A DNA stretch of 34,856 nt from an uncultured Bacteroidia bacterium (GTDB lineage Bacteria > Bacteroidota > Bacteroidia > Bacteroidales > GCA-2748055): contig CBDTYO010000003.1 in the NCBI GenBank assembly GCA_965364615.1, positions 1 through 34,856 of the forward strand, given 5' to 3'. This document shows positions 1 through 8,101 of this stretch, piece by piece. Numbering within the stretch: position 1 is the first letter of the stretch; the number at the start of each line of letters is the position of its first letter. The notes beneath the pieces are model-generated. The model saw only the letters and a list, made by a program, of their open reading frames with translations, was not told the DNA's origin and searched no databases. The position numbers were made by a program, and so were the translations under genes.

Positions 1-191
1 AGAGGCTTGTGGTCCCGGTCGAAATAATCCTTGGTCATCTTCTTGACCATCGGAGCCAGCAGGATCAGGGCGATCAGGTTGGGCAGCGACATCAGGCCCA
101 GTGCGCTGTCCCCGAAGTTCCATACCACATCCAGCGAGAAAATAGCACCCAGGAAGTGCATCACCACGAAGACGGCCTTGAACGGAAGGAT
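1..191 (-). other. C-terminal segment of an alanine/glycine:cation symporter (AGCS/AlsT family)
   Basis: Translates as ILPFKAVFVVMHFLGAIFSLDVVWNFGDSALGLMSLPNLIALILLAPMVKKMTKDYFDRDHKP. The pattern VWxFxDxxxGLMxxPNLIALxLL...V...xxDYF is the AGCS C-terminal signature. Confidence 0.8.
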
Positions 192-1232
192 CAGGCCGTC
201 CGTACCCGGAAGGATCACCCCGTCGCCCACCAGGGCCACATCGGGATGGATGCTGGCAAACTCGATTTCCCTGTTGTAGGATTCTACCAACGGGTAGTCC
301 AGGGTATTCCGGATCCCGTTGCTGATCCAGATCTTCCGGGAACCCTGCAGCCTGGTTACCGGATAGGCTTTCAGCTGGCTCCCCTCTCGTTCCAGCCTGA
401 GCTCTTCTCCCGATTCCAGGTAGACGAGACCCCGCAGATCCTGGGACTTGCTGATGGGATCTGAAAAGAAGAGGCTGACATATTGTTCGGGCTGCTGTCG
501 CACATGCAGGTTCATCAGTTTGAAATCTCCCAGGGGCGGGATGACCACCAACTCTTCTCCCGCATCCTCGCTCATGATCCCTTTTCCATCCCACTGCACC
601 AGCACTTCCTTCTTCTCAGCGCCCCTGTAAATGCTGTCGATGGTAAAATCGTGGCGGGTACCTTCGCTGTTGTGGGTCCATTGGATCCTGAGCTCCTGGC
701 CCTCCTGGAAGCCTCTCACCGATGCTTCCACTGCGTCCACATCGGCAAAATCGGCCGTCTTCAGAATGCCCTTTAATTGTTGCCACTGCAGGTCCTCCTC
801 GTCCAGGGCATTCAATCCTTCCAGCTCCACAAACAGGGATTGCTGAATGGTCTGAAACTGGAATTCCAGCACCTCCAGACCCTGAGGAACTTCCAGCAGC
901 TTATCCAGGTGAAACCTGCCCTGGTACACCGTGCCCGGATCAAGCATGCCCTCGGGGCGAAACTCCAGGGTATGCTGGTCAAGCCAGGCATAGCTTCCTT
1001 TTACCGAAGGTTTGAGCTCCAACAGTTCCCGGGTCAGGGCTTCTTCCCTGGCTGCTTCAGAAAGTTCAGAAACCAGGGTAATCACCACCGGGGAAGTGGA
1101 AGAGATCACCCCGCTGGTAAATCCGGAGATGTAGGAGACAAAACCCGGATCGACGGCGGGGATTTCATTTTTTTGATCCTTGCAGCCCCAGAGGACAGCA
1201 AGGGCTAAAAACAACGGGAAGAATCTTTTCAT
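1..1232 (-). CDS. Partial ORF (runs off left edge): bacterial alpha-2-macroglobulin-like lipoprotein N-terminus (~354 aa) joined in frame to an AGCS symporter-like C-terminus; probable chimera or pseudogene
   Basis: Manual translation from ATG 1232, with no stop to base 1: MKRFFPLFLALAVLWGC (lipobox) KDQKNE...FVSYISGFTSGVISS...WLDQHTLEFRP...LFFSDPI...QDLRGLV...GDGVILPGTDGLILPFKAV, which matches the N-terminal pattern of Bacteroidota A2M/MG2 proteins. Absent from the ORF track because it has no stop in the window. Confidence 0.75.
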   Translation of the reverse strand, partial: MKRFFPLFLALAVLWGCKDQKNEIPAVDPGFVSYISGFTSGVISSTSPVVITLVSELSEAAREEALTRELLELKPSVKGSYAWLDQHTLEFRPEGMLDPGTVYQGRFHLDKLLEVPQGLEVLEFQFQTIQQSLFVELEGLNALDEEDLQWQQLKGILKTADFADVDAVEASVRGFQEGQELRIQWTHNSEGTRHDFTIDSIYRGAEKKEVLVQWDGKGIMSEDAGEELVVIPPLGDFKLMNLHVRQQPEQYVSLFFSDPISKSQDLRGLVYLESGEELRLEREGSQLKAYPVTRLQGSRKIWISNGIRNTLDYPLVESYNREIEFASIHPDVALVGDGVILPGTDGLILPFKAVFVVMHFLGAIFSLDVVWNFGDSALGLMSLPNLIALILLAPMVKKMTKDYFDRDHKP

Positions 1233-1367
1233 TTCAGTGGTGGTTTCAGTTTGGATGTACAGGTAAGCCCAAGTAAATATAGTGGGTTCGTCCTTAGCTT
1301 CAAAGTCCAAATAAATCAAACTTTGCACGGGCATTTTCGTACCATTAACCAGAAAAAGCCAAACGCC

Positions 1368-2369
1368 ATGAAACAATTACTCCCCATGTTGATGCTGACC
1401 CTGGCCCTGGCCGGTTGCAGCAGGTACGGATATGTAAGTCTGAATTACCCCACAGCCCCGGTAGCCTACCTTCCTGATGATGTTCACTTCATCGCAGCCG
1501 TGAACCGCTCGCTTACCAGCGAGGAAGATACGGACAACAGAATCATTGAGGCCATAATCACCAGTGAAGTGGCGGGGTCCGACCGCCTGGCATCGGATGA
1601 GTGCATCAAAGGGGTCTACGATGCCATATTGGTCCTGGAGAATACAGAGCTGATCATTCCCAAGACCGTAAAAATGTATGGAACAGGCACCCGTGAATTG
1701 CCCGAATTGCTGGATTGGGAACAGGTGGCTAAGATTTGCCAGGCTGAGGGAGCCGATGCCCTGCTGGTGCTTGAAACCTTCGATTCAAATACGGACCTGC
1801 TGGCTTCCACGGCCACCAGTCAGGCTGCAGCCATTCTGACCACGGGTTCTCCGGTTCCGGCCCTTCCCGGCCAGATAAAAATGCAGGTAAGCGCTTATTG
1901 GAGACTGTATGATCCGAGGACCAGGCAGATCATCGATCAGTACCAGCACAATGCCTACAGAACCTTTGATACGCGGGGAGGGATCCTGCCCCCGCATGCA
2001 TTGCCGGAAACCGCCTATGAAGCCGGAAGATCCTATGTGGAACGATTCCTGCCAGGATACTACGTGGTCAGAAGAGAGCTTTATAAGCGGACCAGCGGAT
2101 CGGCCAGGCACCAGTTCAAGGCAGGCTACAGGCGGGCCGAGGTGGCCAATTGGGAAGGAGCCATAGAGATATGGAGCGACTTGACAGAGCACAATAAACG
2201 AAAAACCGCAGGACGTGCCTGTCTTAACATTGCGGTGGCCAATGAGGTGCTTGGAGATACAGAAAACGCCCTGGAATGGGCCAAGAGATCCTACGAATTT
2301 TACGACGACAAACTGGGTCGTACTTATTCGAAGATCCTGCTGAGGAGGAAAGATATCGAAGCTTATTAA
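1368..2369 (+). CDS. Lipoprotein, DUF6340-like, with C-terminal TPR-like helices
   Basis: Start re-called at ATG 1368: MKQLLPMLMLTLALAGC lipobox. Contains ADALLVLE, WRLYDP and C-terminal WEGAIEIW...ACLNIAVANEVLGDTENALEWAKRS. Confidence 0.7.
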   Translation: MKQLLPMLMLTLALAGCSRYGYVSLNYPTAPVAYLPDDVHFIAAVNRSLTSEEDTDNRIIEAIITSEVAGSDRLASDECIKGVYDAILVLENTELIIPKTVKMYGTGTRELPELLDWEQVAKICQAEGADALLVLETFDSNTDLLASTATSQAAAILTTGSPVPALPGQIKMQVSAYWRLYDPRTRQIIDQYQHNAYRTFDTRGGILPPHALPETAYEAGRSYVERFLPGYYVVRRELYKRTSGSARHQFKAGYRRAEVANWEGAIEIWSDLTEHNKRKTAGRACLNIAVANEVLGDTENALEWAKRSYEFYDDKLGRTYSKILLRRKDIEAY

Positions 2370-2442
2370 TTAACTTCCTTTTAACAATAATCCCCTGATT
2401 GCCATTCTAATAAGCTGTAAATTTATGGCTGAACCCTATTAG

Positions 2443-2450
2443 AAAGGAGG
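2443..2450 (+). promoter_or_regulatory. Strong Shine-Dalgarno sequence AAAGGAGG
   Basis: Lies 7 nt upstream of ATG 2458. Confidence 0.6.
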
Positions 2451-2457
2451 AACTACC

Positions 2458-3081
2458 ATGAGTTTTGGCAAAATGGCAGCATTCACATGCCTTGTCATGT
2501 TGGCTGCTGTACCCCTTCAGGCACAATGGGAGGTCGGTGGTTTAATTGGCTTAAATGTGGCCAGTATCAGCGTTCCCACAGGAACCAGTTCTGAGGATTA
2601 TTCAAGCAGGCTGGGATTTGGAATTGGGGCGGTCGTGGACAGAATCCTGACCGACCAGATTATTCTGCATGTGGAACCCATGTTTCTTCAAAAAGGCGCT
2701 ACTTTAGAAAACAGCGTGGTGAAACTGAAGTATAAGGTGAATTACCTTGAAATTCCCATCATGGTCAAATATGCCTTCCGGATTAATTCTGTTCTGGCGC
2801 CCTATGCCATGGCCGGACCGAGCCTGGGATTCCTGACAGGTGCCAAGTTTGAGGATGAGGAGGGCAACAGCCAGAATGAGAAAGACAATACCAGTGCTTT
2901 CGATTTTGGAGTGGGACTGGGAGGCGGAGTGAGTATTCCGCATGAAAATCTCACCTTCTTTGCGGAAACAAGGTATGTGCTGGGACTGGCCAACACCAAC
3001 AAAGAAACAGATGAATCGGTTGTTAAGAACCGGGGTCTGCAGATTTTAGTGGGGGTGACCCTTCCCGTAGGACCCAAATAG
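2458..3081 (+). CDS. Porin-family / PorT-like outer membrane beta-barrel protein (OMP_b-brl_2 type)
   Basis: Signal peptide (..PLQAQ). Motifs GLNVAS, EPMFLQKG, NYLEIPIMVKY, AGPSLG, FDFGVGLGGG, ETRYVLGL. Confidence 0.85.
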   Translation: MSFGKMAAFTCLVMLAAVPLQAQWEVGGLIGLNVASISVPTGTSSEDYSSRLGFGIGAVVDRILTDQIILHVEPMFLQKGATLENSVVKLKYKVNYLEIPIMVKYAFRINSVLAPYAMAGPSLGFLTGAKFEDEEGNSQNEKDNTSAFDFGVGLGGGVSIPHENLTFFAETRYVLGLANTNKETDESVVKNRGLQILVGVTLPVGPK

Positions 3082-3123
3082 AATTCGCGGAGCGGGGATG
3101 ATCCGAATTTCAGCAGGATCGGA

Positions 3124-4158
3124 TTACATGAGCTGGATCCCCGATCTGCGACAGTGATCATGCATCTGTCCGGGCCACATGCTTGCCTGTACTTCTCCGA
3201 TATGCGCCTTCCGCAGAAAATACATACACAGCCGCGACTGACCGATGCCTCCCCCGACCGATTCAGGGTATTCCCCTGCCAGCAGTCGTTTGTGAAAAAG
3301 CAATTCCTTGCGTTCACTCTTTCCCTGGATCTCCAGCTGCCTGAGCAGGGCCTCACCGTCTACCCTGATGCCCATGGATGAGAGCTCAAAGGCATTCTCC
3401 AGGATGGGATTCCAAACCACGATATCTCCGTTGAGTCCGCGGTATCCGTTTTCGGTTAAGGTGGACCAGTCATCGTAATCAGGCGCTCTTCCGTCATGGG
3501 CTTCTCCATTGGCCAGCTCCCCTCCAATGCCAATGATGAACACAGCCCTGTGTTCTTTGGCGATTCTGTGTTCCCGCTCCTTGGGATCCAGTCCCGGGAA
3601 TCGATCCAGCAACTCCTCTGCATGGATGAAGTAGATGTCGTCGGGCAACTCGGGAACGATCTCAGGGTGATTCTCATACACGATGAATTCGGTCCGTTTA
3701 ATCACCGCATAAATGCGACGCACAATGTCCTTCAGGTAAGCAATATTGCGTTCTTTGGGCAACAGGATCTTCTCCCAGTCCCACTGGTCCACATAGATGG
3801 AATGAATATTGTCCAGTTCCTCATCTGGCCTCAGCGCATTCATATCGGTATAGATCCCATAGGAGTTGGCGATCTCATAATCGGCCAGCATCATCCTTTT
3901 CCACTTGGCCAGGGAATGTACGATCTCAGCCACTGTCCCATCCATGTCCTTAACTTCGAAAGATACCGGTCTTTCAATGCCGTTCAGGTCATCGTTGATC
4001 CCGGTTCCCCGCTGCACAAACAGAGGGGCGGTTACCCTCCTCAGCTTCAGCTCTGCCGCCAGATTTGATTCAAAAAAGTCCTTGACCATCTTGATGGCCC
4101 TTTCGGTTTCCTTCAGGGTAAGGATGGATTGGTAGTTGCGGGGAATTACAAGTTTCAT
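3124..4158 (-). CDS. asnA: Aspartate--ammonia ligase (asparagine synthetase A)
   Basis: Motifs GINDDLNG, VHSLAKWKR, HSIYVDQWDWE, HDGRAPDYDDW, GLNGD, FELSSMGIRV, GGGIGQSR, HIGEVQ. Confidence 0.97.
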   Translation of the reverse strand: MKLVIPRNYQSILTLKETERAIKMVKDFFESNLAAELKLRRVTAPLFVQRGTGINDDLNGIERPVSFEVKDMDGTVAEIVHSLAKWKRMMLADYEIANSYGIYTDMNALRPDEELDNIHSIYVDQWDWEKILLPKERNIAYLKDIVRRIYAVIKRTEFIVYENHPEIVPELPDDIYFIHAEELLDRFPGLDPKEREHRIAKEHRAVFIIGIGGELANGEAHDGRAPDYDDWSTLTENGYRGLNGDIVVWNPILENAFELSSMGIRVDGEALLRQLEIQGKSERKELLFHKRLLAGEYPESVGGGIGQSRLCMYFLRKAHIGEVQASMWPGQMHDHCRRSGIQLM

Positions 4159-4162
4159 TACA

Positions 4163-4239
4163 ATATCAATTTGAAAGTGAATTATCGATACAAATTACAG
4201 ATTAATATTCCATATTTCATAATTATTTCAATTTGAAAT
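4163..4239. promoter_or_regulatory. Candidate operator array upstream of asnA (TCAATTTGAAA twice; perfect 7-1-7 palindrome ATTTCAA-T-TTGAAAT at 4225-4239)
   Basis: AT-rich block. The second, imperfect copy at 4163-4177 is 62 bp away. Confidence 0.4.
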
Positions 4240-4476
4240 TAATCCAGGGGGTTATTCCCAAAAGAATGGCAACGCTGAAAGGGTTCAATCCCCATTTGCT
4301 GTATCCTTTCGCAATTTTCCCCGTATACGCCAGGGATTACGCAACCATTTATCAACATCATGCCTCATAAGCTAAGAAAGTGTAAGGTTCTGATAGGGGA
4401 ATGATCCCGCCATTGTGTGTAACTAATAAAAAAGGTAGGGTAATTCATGCGATCTTCGGTATAGCTAAGAGATAAG

Positions 4477-4965
4477 ATGAAAAGTTTCGGAAAAATATTG
4501 TTGTTTGCCTTTTTCGTTTTCAGCATGTTCATGTTGAAACCCAGACAGGATGTGGTATTTGAGGCCATCGATGTGTCACAATATATCAGGTTATTTGAAG
4601 AAGACCGTGACTTTGTTCTTTGCCTGGACGAAAACAGCACCTTCACAGGCACCTATGCCATACGGGCAGATACGGTCTATCTTTCCTACGGGGAGCAAGC
4701 GGAAAGCACATGGGTGCCACAGGGCAACCAGGAAGCTGCCAGCGACAGGGACCTTCCGGCAAGACTGTACATCGACGAAGGTGCCTCTACCATCGCATCC
4801 AATGACGGCCTAATGTTCTCTGCGGAAATTTTGCTGGATTTGAGAGAGAAACCTTACGAAGCAACTGCCCACAGTCCCATCGATCTGCGAAACAACAGGG
4901 CCAGCATTCTGGCTTTCGGTGGATTGAAGAAATCCGGAGACTTAGTCAAAGCCCCCCTGCCCTAA
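4477..4965 (+). CDS. Hypothetical exported/membrane-anchored protein
   Basis: N-terminal basic and hydrophobic segment (MKSFGKILLFAFFVFSMFML), then a beta-rich domain (FTGTYAIRADTVYLSY). Fills an otherwise empty gap. Confidence 0.6.
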   Translation: MKSFGKILLFAFFVFSMFMLKPRQDVVFEAIDVSQYIRLFEEDRDFVLCLDENSTFTGTYAIRADTVYLSYGEQAESTWVPQGNQEAASDRDLPARLYIDEGASTIASNDGLMFSAEILLDLREKPYEATAHSPIDLRNNRASILAFGGLKKSGDLVKAPLP

Positions 4966-5030
4966 GGATGTATATCCCATAGCGCAACCAAGCCCTGCAA
5001 GAAAGCATCTTGAGGGTAGACCCGAATATT

Positions 5031-5405
5031 ATGATTTCAAAACTTAAAAGGCTGGCTTGGCTTTCAGCCATTTTTACGGCAGTTTTAAGCCTGCTCCACT
5101 GCGAAAAACAGGCCGAAGAGGATTTCTTATGGGACAACCTGGAAACCTATACCCTGGCTATCTGGCCGAAACATCCCACCAGTGAGGATCCCATCCTGCT
5201 CATCGAGCATACCTGCGGCTTTGAACCAGAGCCCATCCTCAGCTACAACGGACACCAGATCACGTACAAACGCTATTTCAACAGCCTGATGGGCGCGCCA
5301 TGCATCCCCACCCTGGATACCACCACCATCGGACCGCTGGATGCAGGCAATTACGAGCTAATACACTGGATCCAGCTCCTTCCAACACCCGCCTTAAGTA
5401 TATAA
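5031..5405 (+). CDS. Hypothetical lipoprotein, possibly C-terminally truncated
   Basis: ATG 5031: MISKLKRLAWLSAIFTAVLSLLHC-EKQAEED, a lipobox followed by an acidic export-type signal. Ig-like PxxPTSED...C...C...IGPLDAGNYEL. Confidence 0.55.
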   Translation: MISKLKRLAWLSAIFTAVLSLLHCEKQAEEDFLWDNLETYTLAIWPKHPTSEDPILLIEHTCGFEPEPILSYNGHQITYKRYFNSLMGAPCIPTLDTTTIGPLDAGNYELIHWIQLLPTPALSI

Positions 5406-5480
5406 TCTGCTTCGTCGTGAGGACCCGGATCTGAAATTTGTGCTTGCCAGCGCGGCCGCGCACATGCTGGTCAGGATGTT

Positions 5481-5807
5481 CTAAGTCATGCGCCTTTGTT
5501 TCCTGGCCACGCCTACCAGGAAATTGATCAGGGGACGGAAAAGATCGGGCATGTTGCCGTCGGACAATTCCAGTTTTCTCCTTTTCCCCTTGTGCTCAAT
5601 GGTGATCTCGTAAATGAACTGATCGGGCATATTCAGGAACCTGTTCTCCAGGACCACGGCCTCAAAAAATCCCGATCGTTCGATCAGGAGTGCCAACTCG
5701 TCGGCCAATACGGAATCCAGTTCCTGACTGCTTAGCTCGGCGCGGGTCGAACCACCGGTAAAACCTCCGGATCGCTGAAATTCTATATGAAAATCTCCTT
5801 CTGGCAT
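5481..5807 (-). CDS. Protealysin inhibitor emfourin (M4in)
   Basis: Start re-called at ATG 5807 (108 aa): IEFQRSGGFTG...GFF...DQFIYEITI...PDLFRPLINFL. Lies 7 nt downstream of a protealysin-like gene, the canonical arrangement. Confidence 0.9.
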   Translation of the reverse strand: MPEGDFHIEFQRSGGFTGGSTRAELSSQELDSVLADELALLIERSGFFEAVVLENRFLNMPDQFIYEITIEHKGKRRKLELSDGNMPDLFRPLINFLVGVARKQRRMT

Positions 5808-5814
5808 GGCAACA

Positions 5815-6960
5815 CTATGCTTGTCTTCCTCCGAAGATACTCCTCCAGGCCCGGCCAACCCAGCCACGACAGCCCCCCTGTTGATCTGAAACCGGAATGA
5901 TTCCCACGCCTTGCCATCCATCATATACGGCCTTCTGCTCAGGGCTGTTGCTGCCATAGAGATCAGCTGCCACTTTGTAGCAGGCATTGGCGGCAGCCTG
6001 AAAATCTGAGGTCTGATCCAGTTCGTCGCACAAGGTCCTGTACCAGATTTGTCCTGCTTTCTCCCAGGCATATCCCCCGAGTTTCAGGGCAACGTTGTAG
6101 AAGGCCTTGTTGGGAATCCCCGAGTTGATATGAACCCCGCCGTTGTCAGCCGTGGTTTCCACATAATCGTTCATATGTCCCGGTTGGGGATCGCGGCCAA
6201 GCAGCGGATCATCGTAGGCAGTGCCTGGCGCCTTCATGGAACGGATGCCAAGGGCATTCACCCTGCTGGTAAACAGGCCTTCACCAATGAGCCAGTCAGC
6301 TTCTTCTGCCGTCTGATTCTTCACACGTTGTTTCACCAGGGTACCAAATACATCCGAAAAGGATTCATTCAGCGCCCCAGCCTGGTTCCGGTAGACCAGG
6401 TTCGCTTCATACTGGGTGATGCCATGGGTCAATTCATGGGCAATGATGTCAATGGCAATGGTGAAACGGTTGAATAACCTCTCCTCCTCAGGAAGATCTT
6501 CATCTCCATCCCCGTAGACCATTTGCTCTCCGTTCCAGAAGGCATTGTCATAACCTTCCAGGAAATGCACGGTGGAAAGAAGTTCCATCCCGCTGTTGTC
6601 GATGGAGTTCCTCCCGAAGATCTCAGCATAGAGATCATGGGTGGCTCCGGATCCGTCGTAGGCTTCATCCACCGCGGCATCTGCAGTGGGAGCATCCCCT
6701 TCACTCCGGACCAGGGTACCCGGAAGCTCCGAAGCATTGTGGGCATCATATACCTTGCGAATCCTCTCGCCCGCCTCAGGCTGGGCCTTCCTGGCAAGTT
6801 CAGATAGGGTCTGGCGCTGTCCGCGCATCTGTCCGGCAATCCGGATGTATTTTTCCGCTTTTGCCTTTTGTGCGGGAGTGCCTTTTTCCAGAATTCTTTC
6901 CGCCATGTGGGGCGGAATAATGCAAAATACCGGGTGGAAACCATGTTCCATGTTGCTCAT
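5815..6960 (-). CDS. Protealysin-like M4 family metallopeptidase
   Basis: Short propeptide with CIIPPHM (PLP motif). Motifs NAFWNG, HELTHG zinc motif, GALNESFSD, DNGGVHINSGIPN. No signal peptide. Confidence 0.95.
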   Translation of the reverse strand: MSNMEHGFHPVFCIIPPHMAERILEKGTPAQKAKAEKYIRIAGQMRGQRQTLSELARKAQPEAGERIRKVYDAHNASELPGTLVRSEGDAPTADAAVDEAYDGSGATHDLYAEIFGRNSIDNSGMELLSTVHFLEGYDNAFWNGEQMVYGDGDEDLPEEERLFNRFTIAIDIIAHELTHGITQYEANLVYRNQAGALNESFSDVFGTLVKQRVKNQTAEEADWLIGEGLFTSRVNALGIRSMKAPGTAYDDPLLGRDPQPGHMNDYVETTADNGGVHINSGIPNKAFYNVALKLGGYAWEKAGQIWYRTLCDELDQTSDFQAAANACYKVAADLYGSNSPEQKAVYDGWQGVGIIPVSDQQGGCRGWVGRAWRSIFGGRQA

Positions 6961-6961
6961 T

Positions 6962-7669
6962 TTAGAGTCTTACATTTAATCCAATCATGGCATAAGGCAT
7001 GAATGCGGGTTGGTAAATGGCCGCATTGGCATCCTTGTAGGTAAAGGGAGTATCGCCGTTCTGGTTGTCATTCCTGGGATTTACATTGTCGTTGTCCGGG
7101 CTGTAGGAGGTATCGTGCCCATGCAGGGTGCCGGGGAAATAGTAATCCAGTCCCCCCACAACCACCAGGGTAAGTTTCTGGGTCATGTTCACATGGTGTT
7201 CGAGACCTCCCCCCAGTCCCCACTGTTGGGAAATCACATCAAATTCCTCATTCCCTCCAATGTATTTGAAGGTGCCTTTGAAAGAGGACCCCCTGGGACC
7301 CAGCACGATGTATGAATTCTTCAAGCCGAAAATGGATCTGGGGAAAAGGAAATCAAGCCGGTAGTCGATGGACCTTCCTGATTTTTCAGGGGTCCCATTG
7401 GTGTTGTTATTGATGAATATCCTTCGGGCTTCCAATGAATTTCCGGGATTGAGAAAGGTATATCCCAGGCCGGCCCGGAGTTCAAAAGGCAATTGGTTTC
7501 CAAAATTGTGCAGTGTGAGATTGCCCTGAAATCCCAATCCCCTATTATATCCGGCAAGAAATCCAGCGGAGAATTTCGAGGGTCCTGCCGCTTTTTTCTG
7601 ACCCATGGCTGTGGCACCCATTCCCATCAGGAATATGGATACCCATGTGATCATTTTCATTTTCTTCAT
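6962..7669 (-). CDS. Uncharacterised outer membrane beta-barrel protein
   Basis: Start re-called at ATG 7669. Signal peptide (..ATAMG-Q), alternating amphipathic strands (FELRAGLGY, WGLGGGLE, VVGGLDYY), and terminal strand YAMIGLNVRL. Confidence 0.75.
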   Translation of the reverse strand: MKKMKMITWVSIFLMGMGATAMGQKKAAGPSKFSAGFLAGYNRGLGFQGNLTLHNFGNQLPFELRAGLGYTFLNPGNSLEARRIFINNNTNGTPEKSGRSIDYRLDFLFPRSIFGLKNSYIVLGPRGSSFKGTFKYIGGNEEFDVISQQWGLGGGLEHHVNMTQKLTLVVVGGLDYYFPGTLHGHDTSYSPDNDNVNPRNDNQNGDTPFTYKDANAAIYQPAFMPYAMIGLNVRL

Positions 7670-7872
7670 CCCATAGATTCTTAGTGACAAATCAATATTA
7701 CATGGCTCTTGTAAAACGATGGGATCGCAAGAATATTTTCTCCGGGGATCTGATTGCTCCGTTTATCCTCAAATATAGCTATCTGGCACCCATCTCTGCC
7801 GGGAATTGGTCAAAGAAAAGCAACTTTTCGCGCCTGGTTTCGTATAAGGGACATATCCCCAATCATGGTAAT

Positions 7873-8097
7873 ATGATAAACAGAACCGATATTCTTCGCA
7901 AATACCACGATCATGCGATTACCGTGAAACTGTCGCGTGCCGGGAAATCCATTTCAGGCAGGATCGTAGACTATTCCCCTGAAGATCATTGTGTACTGGT
8001 CAGGGATCCCGACCTGGTCAAATATTACGAAACAAAAGAGGATTCCCTGGTGGAAAGGATCTACTTCAAGGATGTGAAAGCCATCGATTACCAGTAA
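7873..8097 (+). CDS. Small hypothetical protein (74 aa), candidate Sm/LSm/Hfq-like or SH3-type small beta-barrel
   Basis: ATG 7873. Helix (TDILRKY), then AITVKLSRAGKSISGRIVDY...VLVRD, then RIYFKDVKAIDY. The stop converges with the neighbouring stop at 8102. Confidence 0.6.
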   Translation: MINRTDILRKYHDHAITVKLSRAGKSISGRIVDYSPEDHCVLVRDPDLVKYYETKEDSLVERIYFKDVKAIDYQ

Positions 8098-8101
8098 TTG
8101 G

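Noticed and set aside
9-1208. Plus-strand ORFs 9-464, 483-776, 777-1208 and others
   Set aside because: Antisense shadows of the minus-strand A2M-like frame, with no recognisable motifs.
4191-4199. Possible -7 element for asnA (GTAATTTG on the minus strand)
   Set aside because: Does not match TAnnTTTG exactly, so it is left uncalled.
5808-6071. Long N-terminal extension of emfourin in the ORF track
   Set aside because: Overlaps the protease gene. The family length fits ATG 5807.
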